A DNA stretch of 64,000 nt from an uncultured Candidatus Saccharibacteria bacterium (GTDB taxonomy: Bacteria > Patescibacteriota > Dojkabacteria > JAOAGR01), in the NCBI GenBank assembly GCA_964503755.1, contig CAZDBO010000002.1, forward strand, positions 261-64,260, written 5' to 3'. The translations under genes were made by a program, and so were the position numbers. This document shows positions 1 through 9,585 of the stretch, piece after piece (position 1 is the stretch's first letter; the number at the start of each line of letters is the position of its first letter). The notes below the pieces were generated by a model. It saw nothing but the letters and a program-made list of their open reading frames with translations. It had not been told where the DNA came from and did not search any database.

Positions 1-29
1 GATTAAAATATTTATTATTAAATTTATAT

Positions 30-536
30 GTGAAGATAGAAAATTTTTTTGATTCTGTCTTATTCGAAATAAGATGTCTGGAAGTAGAGAGATTGACTGA
101 TTTGCATAAATTACTAAGGATTTTTGAAGAAAAATACGCGGAAGGACGCAGTATAAAAGAATACGTACGGATGATAGACCAAGAAAAAGATTTGTTGAAA
201 AAATCAGAGTTAGAGATGCAAGCATGTCAATATTTTTTTGATCTTTTGGGTAGTGAACGTTTTTTCTTTTATCAAAAAGGGATTTGTAATATGAGTGAGA
301 TTTATAGAAATCGTCGAATGAACTGCAGTGGGTTTTCTTTCATATTATATATTTTGCTTAATAGGTACCTAAAAGTAGAGCATTGGATAGTAGAAACATA
401 TTATCACTTTTCAAATGTTGTTAGGTTATCTAATGATTATCTGGCGTATTGCGATGGATTAGTTTCTCTTATCAAAGATTTGCGTAAAAATGAATATCTA
501 AGAAAAAGTAATCTAACTAAAAGTGTTATTTTGTAG
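30..536 (+). CDS. hypothetical protein (168 aa), no recognisable motif
   Basis: Intact ORF from the track at the window start, upstream of the decayed cas locus. No motif recognised. Confidence 0.3.
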   Translation: MKIENFFDSVLFEIRCLEVERLTDLHKLLRIFEEKYAEGRSIKEYVRMIDQEKDLLKKSELEMQACQYFFDLLGSERFFFYQKGICNMSEIYRNRRMNCSGFSFILYILLNRYLKVEHWIVETYYHFSNVVRLSNDYLAYCDGLVSLIKDLRKNEYLRKSNLTKSVIL

Positions 537-1201
537 ATCCCATACCAAATTCGACACTTGCATACTAGTTATCGATTGAAAGCAACAATTATCGAAACTA
601 TTTTTATGCATTTTTAAATGAATACAGATTGAAAAAACAATTAAATCTAAAAAAATTGATTTTTTTAACTAGAGAAACATTATGAGTTACACCGAATAGT
701 CCGTTGAGTATAATTAATTTGGTGATAACTAATCTAAAAAAGACTATTTTAGAAAAATATAAATTAAGTTTATCAAAAAAAGAAATAAAGATAATTGAAA
801 AATTTTATAAGTCTTGGATAAGAATTTCTATAAAAAGAAACTGGGGATATATGTTTATGTATAGATGTTGCGGGGTTTAGTCATTATTATCACTTAATTG
901 GTGATAAAGATAAAGCGTTTTATTATCCTAGTCTTGTGATGAATTATATAAATCTGGTATGACAAGCTGTACTGATGCATATTATCGTTACGAAGAAGAC
1001 AAAAAAGAAATGCTTGAATTTAGTATAAATTTTGTAAATAAACTAGTTAGAAAACCATTTTATAAAACTATTACATAGAAATGTGTGGATATTTTGAGAT
1101 AATTTAATCACCTTGCGTAAAAAACAAAAATACTCTAACATACATATTGGGACATGTGGTTATAAAAATAAGGTATTAGGTTTTGCCTGATACCGTGACT
1201 C

Positions 1202-1227
1202 GCTCCCAGCTTTGCTCGGAGCTTTTT
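1202..1227 (+). terminator. putative rho-independent terminator (imperfect GC-rich hairpin GCTCCCAGC/GCTCGGAGC followed by TTTTT)
   Basis: Seen in sequence at 1202-1227. It closes the 690-nt ORF-free stretch 540-1200 on the + strand and abuts the stop of the minus-strand ORF ending at 1227. Confidence 0.3.
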
Positions 1228-1895
1228 CATTTTATGAATTTTCTGGATAGTAGTCTTTTACTATGTTTAATAGAAGTTTGAACCATTACATCTGGTAAGA
1301 TTCGGTCCTTGTTTGTATATATAATCTTAAAAGCACTATCATAGAATCGAAGTTCTTCAAATTGTTCAGTACCTGAGTTTTGAGGTGTTAGTCCAAGTTT
1401 TTCGTCGATAATCTGTATGAGATATGAGATTTCGGGATAGCGTACTATCCTACCAACATCATATGCTCTCATGACCTCAAGTATGTCATAACGACTAAAA
1501 TTACATTTATATTCTGGAAAAGGGCATCTACTGGCCCATAATACATGTAAAATTATGGCAATATAGATACGTGCGATTCTTTTGACTAGAATTTCAGAAT
1601 AATTATATGATTTAGATTGCTTTTCTCTAAGTACCAAATCACAAAGTATATTATTACCAATTGTACTCTTTATATCATACAAAAACAGATTGTCAGGTAA
1701 TTATTTAGGTGTTGTTCCATGTAACATTGGGAAACCGTATTCTCTAATACTATTTTCAACACAAAATATACTTGATTCAAAAGATGGATCAACTATTTGT
1801 TTGAATATTAAAAACATTTCAGCCGCTGTACGTATGAAATGAAAATATTTTGGAGACTTTCGATGGCTGAGTATGGATTTTCTGGCATAATAAGT
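1227..1895 (-). pseudogene. disrupted gene of unknown function (frameshift near 1700, two in-frame stops upstream)
   Basis: The track ORF 1227..1682 begins at TTG with a stop 6 codons upstream. Another minus frame continues 1704-1895 as MPENPYSAIESLQNIFISYVQRLKCF*YSNK*LIHLL.... Confidence 0.3.
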
Positions 1896-1973
1896 GTGTA
1901 TAATTACAAGCTATAAACTTGTTTTTGTAAAAAATTTTAAAATCGTATTAAATTTTTTATATAATTGAATATT

Positions 1974-4900
1974 ATGAAATTCAAAAACGTAAACACAAAA
2001 AATTTTGACTATCTAATAGCCCTAGATTTGGCCATTACATCAGTGGGTTAGGCGGTGATAGAGATAGACTAAGAAAACGCTGACGATGAAAAATATGATG
2101 TAAAAGGATTGATAGATGTGGGAGTGAGAGTCTGGGATAGTATTGAAGATGAGAAAGGCAATTTACCATTACACAAAAGAAGAGAAGCCAGAAGTCTCAG
2201 ACGAATAATAGACAGAAGGCAAAAAAGACTTAGAAAAATCAAAAATATTTTTATCTAGAACTATCCTAATGTATTTAAAGATAATGAATATTTTGAATCG
2301 CAAGAATATCTATCTACAGATCCCTACGTTGCAACAGTGAAAGGATTGGATGAGGCCTTGACTTTATCAGAGTTAGCTAGGGCAATATTGCACCTTGCAA
2401 AACGAAGAGGATTTAAGTCCAATGCTAAAGACGCTAAAAAATCTGAAGAGAGTAAAAGTGAAACCGGTTATAAAAGTGGCATACAAAAAACAGAAGAAAA
2501 ACTTTTGAGCGGTAATTATCGTACTATCGGAGAGATGCTTCTAAAAGATGAAATGTTTTCTGAACGAAAAAGAAATGAAGGTGAAAACTATATCTTTGGT
2601 GCAAAAAGAGAGATGATTTTGCAAGAGCTAAAAATGATTTTAGATAAACAGGTTGAACTTGGTGTAATAAATCGTGAAGTTGCAGATTAGCTCCATGGTA
2701 CGGTTGAATATCAAAGACCGTTTGCTACTTCAGAAAACATCAAAAAATTAGTAGGATACTGTGAAATATTTAAGGACGAACTTAGAGCACCTAAGTATGC
2801 TCCTAGTGTAGAATTTAGGTCTTTATGGGAAAAAATAAATAATTTAACATGGTAAGACAAAAGAGGCGATAAGTGGGAAAGCGGATATTTGACAGATGAT
2901 TTGAGGTAGAAATTGTTTTAGCTTGCTTTAGAAAAAAAGGAAATTACTTATTATGACATTAGAACAAGGGTATTAGGATTAAGTGACGAATATGAAATTT
3001 TCTTTAAATCATGTACATATTTTGATAAGGTAAAAAGCTCTAAAAAGAGTAAAAGCAAGAAATCAGAAGGCGAGTCACAAGTTGAAGTCGGACAAGAAAC
3101 TATACAAAATGATAAAGCGAAAAAATCAGAAGAAGATCAAGAACGATTGATACGTATACCCACAAAAAAGCTGAAAGTAGAAAATTTTTGCTCTGAAAGG
3201 ATATCATTTGTTAAAAAGTGTGAATTGCCAGAGAATAAATTTAGTTCACTTTTTGCTGAGCTTGATAAATATGATACTGCAGACAAATTGGTGGAGATAA
3301 TGAATTATTCATATACTGATGATGAACTCAAGCAGAATCTTGCTAATGCGGGTTTGGATGAATATTTTGAATATCTCAAAGAAATATATGCTGATTTTTC
3401 GGGTACTTCAAATCTAAGTATCAAAGCATGTAGAGAAATGTTACCTCTACTTAGGGATCAGGCACTCAAGTATAGTGAGGCAGTAGCACACATTAGATTA
3501 AACAATCCCCAAGAGGCAGGATCAAGATATGATCAATTGCCAGAGGTGGCATATGATGATATTCGTAACCCAGTAGTCCATAGAGTCATTGCACAAACAA
3601 AAAAAGTCATCAACGCACTTATTCAGAGATATGGAAGACCGAGTTTGATTCATATCGAACTTGCTAGAGAGATGAAATTACCAAAAGATAAACGAAGAAA
3701 ATTATCTATCCAAAATCGTGATCGTGAAAGTAAGAATAAATAAATCCAAGCAGAACTGGAGAGATTGGGTATACAAGTCAACGGTACAAACATTACAAAA
3801 TTTAAACTCTGGAAAGAATAGGATCACAAATGTGCCTATTCAGGACGTGAGATCACAGTTGATGATTTCATTGCGAGTACTGAGATAGATGATATTCTGC
3901 CATTTAGTCGCAGTCTTGATGACAGTATAAACAACAAATTACTGGTTTTTGCCCAAGAGAATCAGAACAAACGTGATAGAATACCTTTTGAATATTTTGG
4001 TCATGATACTGAGAGATGGGAACGTATGAAATAGATCTGGATGAATGTAATGAAACTTCATCCATCAAAACTTGCTAGGTTATTGACTGAAAGCTACACA
4101 CAAAGAGATCTAAATTCATTTTTACAAAGAGATTCAAATGATACTAAATATGCCTCTAGATTTATCAAAAATTATTTAGAAAACAATCTGCTATTTAAAG
4201 AAAGTAAAAAACTCAAAAGACGTGTTTATACCTTCCAAGGTTTGCTTACAAGTCTTCTTAGAAAAAGTTATGGACTAACAAGGATAGAGAAGAAAGTCTC
4301 AGACATCACGCCTTGGATGCGGTAGTGGCGGGTGTAGCAAATCAAAAAATGCTGATGAAATTTTGTGAATGGTATAAAATCAAAGAAAATAGACAGAAAG
4401 TATTGGATAAAAGCGTTGATCCCGAATCTATCAAATTTGCTCCTGAGCCATGGACAGATTTTAGAGATGATGTAAATATACGAATATTTAGGGATAATCC
4501 CGTTGAAGAACTTAGAGAAAAAGGAATATTGGATAAACATACGGTAAAGAATATACTAGATTTATACGTCCGCTTTTTGTCTCTAGGATGGCCAAATACA
4601 AGATTACTGGTGCTATACATGCAGAGACAATCAAGTCTATCTGTGAGATTAATGGAAAAGAGTACTTTATAAAAACGATTAGTATTACAGATCTAAAAAA
4701 ATCTAATTTTGAAAAAGATCTCAATTCAAAAGATCTAGAAGGTATGATCATCGCTGATCCTGAGACTATTAGGGTGCTTAGGGAGAGGCTAGAGGAATGT
4801 AATTGGGATATCAAGAAAGCATTTGAAGAGCCTATATACAAACCATCACGAAATTCAGAACGTAAAAATAGAATAAAAAGAATAAAAGTCGTGGACGGTC

Positions 4901-5374
4901 CAGCGGTAACTTATGTAACACTCAAAAGAGGTAAAGGGAAAGGTTATGCTGATAATCGTAGTATGGTACGTGTAGATATATTTAGAAAAAATGGTAAATA
5001 TTACTCAGTACCAGTATACGCTAGTTGGATAGAACGCTATGATCTACCTATACAATATACACCACTGAAAAATAAAAAACACGTTGATGATACACTTGAA
5101 TTTTGTTTTAGTCTGTATCCAAGGGAGTTAGTATATTTGAGTGATGGAGAATATAGTGAATATGTTTACTATGTTAGTATGAACTCTTCAACTGCAGGTG
5201 ATTATGTTTTTGTAACCGATGATTTAGGTAGATATACAAAAAATAAATTTTTAAATAATGATATACGTAGGGTTGGATATATACTTAAAAGCATTACCAC
5301 ATTAAACTATTTAAAAAAGAAATATGTTGACGTTTTAGGCTTTATCCATGATATTAAAAAATCGAGCGTAAGCC
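1974..5374 (+). pseudogene. cas9: type II-C cas9 pseudogene (Nme/Cje-like Cas9, about 1130 codons)
   Basis: All hallmark Cas9 segments are present in order: RuvC-I (1974-2048, ending LDLAITSVG at the TAG), the Arg-rich bridge helix, REC segments matching Nme Cas9, the IRNPVVHRVIAQTKKVINALIQRYGRPSLIHIELARE motif, the HNH domain and the C-terminal PAM-interacting domain. Frame 0 is kept from 1974 to about 4280 despite in-frame stops at 2049 TAG, 2070 TAA, 2256 TAG, 2691 TAG, 2853 TAA, 2907 TAG, 2919 TAG, 3741 TAA, 3819 TAG and 4032 TAG. Frameshifts follow near 4280 (frame 0 to 2) and near 4575 (frame 2 to 1). The HNH catalytic His is replaced by Asp. Confidence 0.8.
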
Positions 5375-6199
5375 ATTATTTTAGTGATTATGGGAAATTA
5401 AATATCAAAGATAAAAGACTTGTTTATACAAAAGACGATAAAGAGATAATAGATATACCAATCGATGATATATCCGCTATAGTGATAGAAAGTAGACAGA
5501 TGATTTTGACGTCTTATCCAATATCTATTGTGCTAGTCATGATATTTTGATCATATTCTGCGATGAAAAACATCTATCAAATGCGATAGCTATACCATTT
5601 CAAAGTTTTGGTCGCCAAAGACTCAGAGTAGAGAAGCAGATTTCTTTATCTTTACCATTCAAACAACAGTTATGGGCACGTATAGTCAGACAAAAGATTA
5701 TTAATCAGGCAAAATTATTAGATAAACTAAATACCGAAACATCAAAACAACTTTATGCTCTGGCCGATGATATCAAGTCTGGTGACAGTGATAATAAAGA
5801 AGGATTAGCATCTAAAATATATTTTAGGTCTTTGTTTGGCAAAAATTTTCTAGAGAAGATGATTCGCATGCGGTCAATAGTCTTTTAAATTATGCGTATA
5901 GTATAGTCAGAGGTTCTATCAGTCGTACTTTGGTGGCTCATGGTTTTATACCATCTTTAGGTATTTTTCATAAGAATCAATATAACAATTTTAACCTTAG
6001 TGAGGATCTGATAGAGCCGTATAGACCTATTATTGATAGTTATGTGATAGATTTATTGAATAAAGGGATGAATAATATCCAAAGTAAAGAAGTAAAATTT
6101 GAATTATTGAAAATATTCGAATGCAGAGTATTATATAGTGATAAAAAAGTTAATATAAAACAAAGTATTGATATATTGTGGATACACTTGTTATGAGTA
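5375..6199 (+). pseudogene. cas1: cas1 pseudogene (type II Cas1, two frameshifts)
   Basis: The N-terminus is read in frame 1, fused to the cas9 frame with no intervening stop. The IIFCDEKHL...NKEGLASKIYFRSLFGKNF segment is in frame 0 (5547-5888). The LNYAYSIVRGSISRTLVAHGFIPSLGIFHKNQYNNFNLSEDLIEPYRPIID segment is in frame 2 (5885-6199). Shifts sit near 5545, next to a duplicated-looking atgatattttgatcatatt, and near 5882 at a TTTT run. Confidence 0.7.
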
Positions 6200-6285
6200 T
6201 CAATGGGCAAGATCCCAAAATACTTTTATTACTAGAGTTGATATTCCTATAAAGCTCTATATTATAATTTTTGTAGTTTTAATTT

Positions 6286-6606
6286 ATGAGTAAGTGTATG
6301 AGGATACTTGTTTTATTTGATTTGCCAGTTGTTACTAAAAAACAACGTAAGATATATGCTCGATTTAGAAAAGCACTTATCAAAGATGGTTATGATATGA
6401 TTCAGTTTTCGGTCTACCAGCGTATCTGTAATGGGCTAGATATGGCAGACAAATATATGCAACGACTCGAGGAGTATGCACCAAAAAGAGGTGCTATAAG
6501 AGCTATGATACTTACTGAAAGACAATTGAAGTATATGTGTGTTATTACTGGTAAGACAAAACCAAAAGAAAAATTGATCAGTGATAATCAATGTGCGTTA
6601 TTTTAA
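6286..6606 (+). CDS. cas2: CRISPR-associated endoribonuclease Cas2
   Basis: Intact 106-aa ORF. The MRILVLFDLPVVTKKQRKIYARFRKALIKDGYDMIQFSVYQRIC sequence matches the Cas2 N-terminal pattern; the true start may be the internal ATG giving MRIL at 6298. Confidence 0.8.
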   Translation: MSKCMRILVLFDLPVVTKKQRKIYARFRKALIKDGYDMIQFSVYQRICNGLDMADKYMQRLEEYAPKRGAIRAMILTERQLKYMCVITGKTKPKEKLISDNQCALF

Positions 6607-6659
6607 TCAAATTTTTGTTGAGTTTATAATGTGAATTTTCTTATTGGGACAAACAAAAA

Positions 6660-6682
6660 GTTGTGGTAGAGTTTACCACAAC
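6660..6682. other. perfect 9-bp inverted repeat GTTGTGGTA-gagtt-TACCACAAC, 54 nt downstream of cas2
   Basis: Seen in sequence. No U-tract follows, so it is not a canonical terminator. It is the only repeat-like element where a CRISPR array or tracrRNA would be expected. Confidence 0.3.
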
Positions 6683-6858
6683 TTGGGAGATATGGGAATA
6701 AAAATAGGATAGAGACCCATGGGTTAGCTTATGAGTCTGTAAAATTATATTATATAAATACAAATTTAACAGAAACCAGTAGACAAACACATTCTTTGAT
6801 TATATTTGTATTTATAGTACAATTATGGGTTAATAAAATTTTTGCATGTTGTATAAGA

Positions 6859-7440
6859 ATGTTTTATGCGAGATCAATTCAACCTTATAATACATTAAAA
6901 TCCGTGCATAGGTTCGAGGCGGCATATCGCTTGGATTCAAAAGATATAGATAGGGATTTGCTTAAAATAATAGAAAAAACTAATATCGAGTATTTAATCA
7001 AAAATGCCACAAAAAAGAAAATTCCAAAACCAGAATTTTTATATCACGGATCACCTGTCAGTGGAATAAAAGTTTTAAAGCCATCAAGTCGAACACGACC
7101 GGGTGTATTGAAAAATAAAGTTTTTCGAGCAGTGTATGCCACAGATATACTTAGCTATGCCTGTGCGTTTGGATTTCCATGGTCAAATGGTGAAGGGTTT
7201 GAACTTATTTTCACAAACGATAAAGTTGAGCTCGGCGTGCCAAAACAATACAAGGATAGGATACAAAAACCACTTTTCGTATATGTTGTCAAGGGAGAAT
7301 ATTTTGAATTATTACCAGAAGCTGCACCAAAAGGACATAATTATTTTTCAAAAACACCAGTACCTGTAGAAAGAGTAACAAAATACAAAAGTGTAAAAGA
7401 TGCCCTACTAAAATTCGAATGTAAAATTTATTTCATTTAG
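6859..7440 (+). CDS. hypothetical protein with LYHGS motif; possible ADP-ribosyltransferase-fold (Tpt1/PARP-like) protein
   Basis: Track ORF 6796..7440, with a likely start at ATG 6859 (MFYARS). An EFLYHGSPVSG motif is followed by aromatic and acidic residues, as in H-Y-E ADP-ribosyltransferases and Tpt1/KptA. This is a weak, memory-based assignment. Confidence 0.3.
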   Translation: MFYARSIQPYNTLKSVHRFEAAYRLDSKDIDRDLLKIIEKTNIEYLIKNATKKKIPKPEFLYHGSPVSGIKVLKPSSRTRPGVLKNKVFRAVYATDILSYACAFGFPWSNGEGFELIFTNDKVELGVPKQYKDRIQKPLFVYVVKGEYFELLPEAAPKGHNYFSKTPVPVERVTKYKSVKDALLKFECKIYFI

Positions 7441-7552
7441 TTGCCAAAAATAGGATGGAAGCGTTTCTTTAAGAAATGTTTGTGATTAAAAACGATGAAT
7501 TTATCCAAAGAGATATGGAAAAAATCTTCAAAAAGCATGGCATAGAATCTAA

Positions 7553-8116
7553 CTAAACTATGAAAATGTTTTTTTTATTTAAATATTTCTTAGGTATAAT
7601 CAATCTGCCATTCCCAACAATTATATCTATTTCGGGATTTAAATGATTAATTTTTGTAATATATTTTTCTTGTAATTCATTAGAAAAATAGTTTACTGGA
7701 TAAATATGTTTTATTTTACCAAAAACTATTTCTTCTTCAGTTGGAGGCTCGTCTATTGTAAATAAACATCCAAAATAGGTAGGTATAATTTCTAGAGCTG
7801 TTTTTATAACATCAATATACTGGATTATGTTCTTTTCACCAGATTTATAATCTGAACCCAAAATAAGATCAAGGCCAATACTCATTGACCATACTAGTAA
7901 ATTTTCTGAGTGTAAGGACAAATTTATCCAAAATTCAAAATGTGGTCGCCAAAAATTTAGTGTATTTCTTTTTTTTGCTAAGATCAGTGGACATATTTCT
8001 TTTTTTACAGGACCCAGTTTAGTAAAAATTATGAGTGCATATTGGGGATTTCCGATAGAAAATATTACTCTTGCTGGACCAGGTATTAGGATAGGTTTTT
8101 CTACTGAAAATGCACA
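7553..8116 (-). CDS. hypothetical protein (open frame of 188 codons; first canonical start is TTG at 7921)
   Basis: The track ORF is 7553..7921, but the frame stays open upstream to 8116 with no ATG/GTG/TTG. It overlaps the + ORF 8031..8288 on the opposite strand. It may be a 5'-truncated remnant. Confidence 0.25.
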   Translation of the reverse strand, partial: CAFSVEKPILIPGPARVIFSIGNPQYALIIFTKLGPVKKEICPLILAKKRNTLNFWRPHFEFWINLSLHSENLLVWSMSIGLDLILGSDYKSGEKNIIQYIDVIKTALEIIPTYFGCLFTIDEPPTEEEIVFGKIKHIYPVNYFSNELQEKYITKINHLNPEIDIIVGNGRLIIPKKYLNKKNIFIV

Positions 8117-8518
8117 TCATGCTTTTGGTGCGTTTTCTATTCCATCAGAAGGTGAGGATGGATCTTTAAGATTTGGCAATCCCATGGCAGGGGATAGACT
8201 TATCTTCTCTGCGACTTTCGAAAATCAAGAAAACTCAAAACGAAAAAAACAAAATTATATTATACGTAAATACCTAGAAAAATATTGATCATAGATTTTT
8301 AATAAATTTATCAAGGCTAAATTGAAGATTTTTCATAAATAGTAAAAAACAAAAACATATTATATTAATGATTTTGAATTAATAGTTTTTACATTAAAAT
8401 AAACTCGTATGAAAATGCTTATAAATTTATTCTTTGTTTCTTCAAGATTATCAATATTATAAGTCCAGATTATTTAGATTAAAACATAAAATATTTATAA
8501 CTGTGGTAAGATAATTTC

Positions 8519-9484
8519 ATGTCTTACAGACAAAATAATGTGACAATGTTGGTTGCAAAAAGTGATTTAGGAGGACGTATTTTTGGATCATCTCATGCTT
8601 TTGAAGCTCTTAAAAGATTGGCCGAAAAAAGAAATCGCAAAATTTTTGAAACGCTCAAATGTATTGAGATTGAACCAGAACATAATAATCCAACAGAAAA
8701 CGATCCATTTGCGAAGTATATAAGTCAGGTTTATGAGTTAAACATAAAACTAGCTTGTGAAATTCAAAAAGTTTTTTCTATTCAAAATAATTTAATTGTT
8801 TTATCAGGAAATCATAGTTCTGCTATAGGAACTATTGCTGGAATAAAATCAGCATTTTCTGATAAAAGATTGGGGGTAATATGGATAGACGCTCATGCAG
8901 ATATTCATTCACCATTTACGACTCCCAGTGGAAATATACATGGTATGCCTCTTGCTTGTTCTTTAGGTGAGGATAACTTTGATTGTTATAAAAACAAACC
9001 GGATTTAGACACTATCAAATATTGGGATAAACTTAAAAATATTAGTAGTATTTGTCCTAAAATTTTTTATGAAGATTTGGTATATATTGGACTTCGCAGT
9101 TATGAAGAGGAAGAAGCATATTTGATTAGAAAAAACAATATAAAAGTATTTACGGTATCGGATGTAAGAAAAAAATCAGTAAAAACTATTTCAACTGAGA
9201 CTCTAAACTATCTAGAAAATTGTGATTTGTTGTATGTTAGTTTTGATATTGATAGTTTAGATTCAAATATAATCACCGGTACAGGATGCCCTGAAACGAA
9301 CGGATTATATGAAAAAGAAGCAAAAGATATTGTTTATTATTTTTTACAAAGTCCAAAAGTAGCTGTTTTTGAGATAACAGAAGTCAATCCTATGCTTGAT
9401 AAAGATGAAAAAACTGTAAATATAGCGTTTGATATTCTAGAAAATGCTATAAATCATATTTACATTAAATCAACTGTAAAGTAA
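8519..9484 (+). CDS. rocF: arginase (ureohydrolase family)
   Basis: SGNHS matches the GGDHS-type motif. WIDAHADIHSPFTTPSGNIHGMP matches the arginase signature DAHxD...SGNLHGxP. The SFDIDSLDSNIITGTGCPETNGL motif is also present. Confidence 0.7.
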   Translation: MSYRQNNVTMLVAKSDLGGRIFGSSHAFEALKRLAEKRNRKIFETLKCIEIEPEHNNPTENDPFAKYISQVYELNIKLACEIQKVFSIQNNLIVLSGNHSSAIGTIAGIKSAFSDKRLGVIWIDAHADIHSPFTTPSGNIHGMPLACSLGEDNFDCYKNKPDLDTIKYWDKLKNISSICPKIFYEDLVYIGLRSYEEEEAYLIRKNNIKVFTVSDVRKKSVKTISTETLNYLENCDLLYVSFDIDSLDSNIITGTGCPETNGLYEKEAKDIVYYFLQSPKVAVFEITEVNPMLDKDEKTVNIAFDILENAINHIYIKSTVK

Positions 9485-9585
9485 ATTTGTTTATAAGATT
9501 TTAAATATATAGAAACGAAAGTTTGTTGATAAAAATCTCTTATTGTTGTAAATGATCTATTTTGTGTAAATAAAACTTTTGGATT

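Noticed and set aside
540-1970. Search for a CRISPR repeat-spacer array on either side of the cas genes, also covering 6607-6860.
   Set aside because: No direct repeats of 20 nt or more with regular spacing are visible. Only a diverged pair of 14-mers about 180 nt apart and one isolated palindrome were found, so no CRISPR feature is called.
1974-4325. Whether the in-frame TAG/TAA codons in cas9 and the other genes indicate stop-codon reassignment or programmed readthrough, as in phage late-gene recoding.
   Set aside because: All three stop codons occur in-frame, they are confined to a subset of accessory genes, and dozens of long housekeeping ORFs in the same window are stop-free and terminate normally. 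The three tRNAs seen are ordinary. Decay is the parsimonious explanation.
8031-8288. ORF 8031..8288 (+) as an independent gene.
   Set aside because: It overlaps the longer open minus-strand frame 7553-8116. Neither has support, and only the longer one is listed, at low confidence.
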